DNA of 64,000 nt from Heterodontus francisci (taxonomy: Eukaryota). The DNA lies in NCBI RefSeq assembly GCF_036365525.1, contig NC_090374.1, forward strand, positions 14,735,168 to 14,799,167, written 5' to 3'. The number at the start of each line of letters is the position of its first letter. Within the stretch, counting starts at the first letter, position 1. Position numbers and translations under genes: made by a program. Under the pieces are notes generated by a model. That model ran no database searches and was not told the DNA's origin. It saw only the letters and a program-made list of their open reading frames with translations. Shown piece by piece: positions 63,257 through 64,000 of the stretch.

Positions 63257-63459
63257 AATGCCACACCTCTGCTGTGAGGCCTATCTGGAACCTCTGTTGC
63301 TGCGTTTCTTGGAAAGCCTACCCAAACTGATCTTCAACATCGTCTAGAAAGAACTGTTCTGGGAAGATCCCAGTGACAGCTGTCTGGATGCATTTGGGAC
63401 TCCAAAACAAAGGACATCTTTCCATATCTTCTCTTTTTTTAGTTCATTCATTGGATGTG

Positions 63460-64000
63460 GTGTCAAGCTTCTTGAGTGTTGTTGGAGCTGCACTCATCCA
63501 GGCAAATGGAGAGTATTCCATCACACTCCTGACTTGTGCCTTGTCGTTGGTGGACAAGCTTTGGGGAGTCAGGAGGATTCCGAGCCTCTGACCTGCTCTT
63601 TTAGCCATGGTAGTTATATGGCCACTCCAGTTCAGTTTCTGGTCAATGATAACCCCAGATTGTTGATAGTGCGGGATTCAGCAATCGTAATGCCATTGAA
63701 TGTCAACGGGAGATGTTGGAGGTCTCTCTTTTTGGAGATTGTAATTGCCTGGCGTTTGTGTGGTGGGAATGTTACTTGCCACTTATCAGCCCAAGCTTGG
63801 ATATTGTCCAGGTTTTGCTGCATTTCTACACAGACTGCTTCAGTATCCGAGGAATCGCGAATGGTGCTGAACATTGTGCATTCATCAGCAAGCATCCCAA
63901 CTTCTGACCTTATGACTGAAGGAAGGTCATTGATGAAGCTGCTGAAGGTGGTTGGGCCTAGGACATTACCCTGCAGAACACATGCAGTGCTGTCCTGGGA
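63460..64000 (-). mobile_element. CR1-clade LINE RT fragment (distinct family)
   Basis: LADECTMFSTIRDSSDTEAV..IQAWADKWQVTF. Confidence 0.8.

Overview
Repeat-dense vertebrate DNA, very probably from a cartilaginous fish (shark), judged by the CR1, RTE and Tx1 LINEs, HE1/V-SINE-like SINEs, Gypsy-type LTRs and Penelope-derived repeats. Most long ORFs in the track are retrotransposon or tandem-repeat artefacts. Hidden among the repeats is one reconstructable host gene on the + strand, a Siglec-15-like Ig receptor: leader exon 26800-26860, 12-nt micro-exon 26936-26947, V-set exon 37603-37995, a second V-set exon 39299-39649, a Lys-containing TM exon 51325-51424 and a probable short terminal exon from 53641, giving about 310 aa. 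Unlike canonical Siglec-15 (V + C2) it has a V-V ectodomain, and only V1 keeps the sialic-acid-binding Arg. Paralogous pieces surround it: a divergently oriented leader plus micro-exon with intact splice sites (9175-9326, - strand), an orphan V2 fragment cut by a CR1 (14838-15003), a deleted pseudogene with a dead splice donor (58557-59340) and a lone promoter copy (63085-63256). This looks like a birth-and-death cluster of DAP12-type activating lectin receptors. Also noted: a 69-bp intronic minisatellite with a 1241-bp higher-order duplication and a probable single-copy progenitor in the paralog, a pre-miRNA-like hairpin, and a degenerate Penelope-type hammerhead ribozyme. All calls were made by eye, without database searches.
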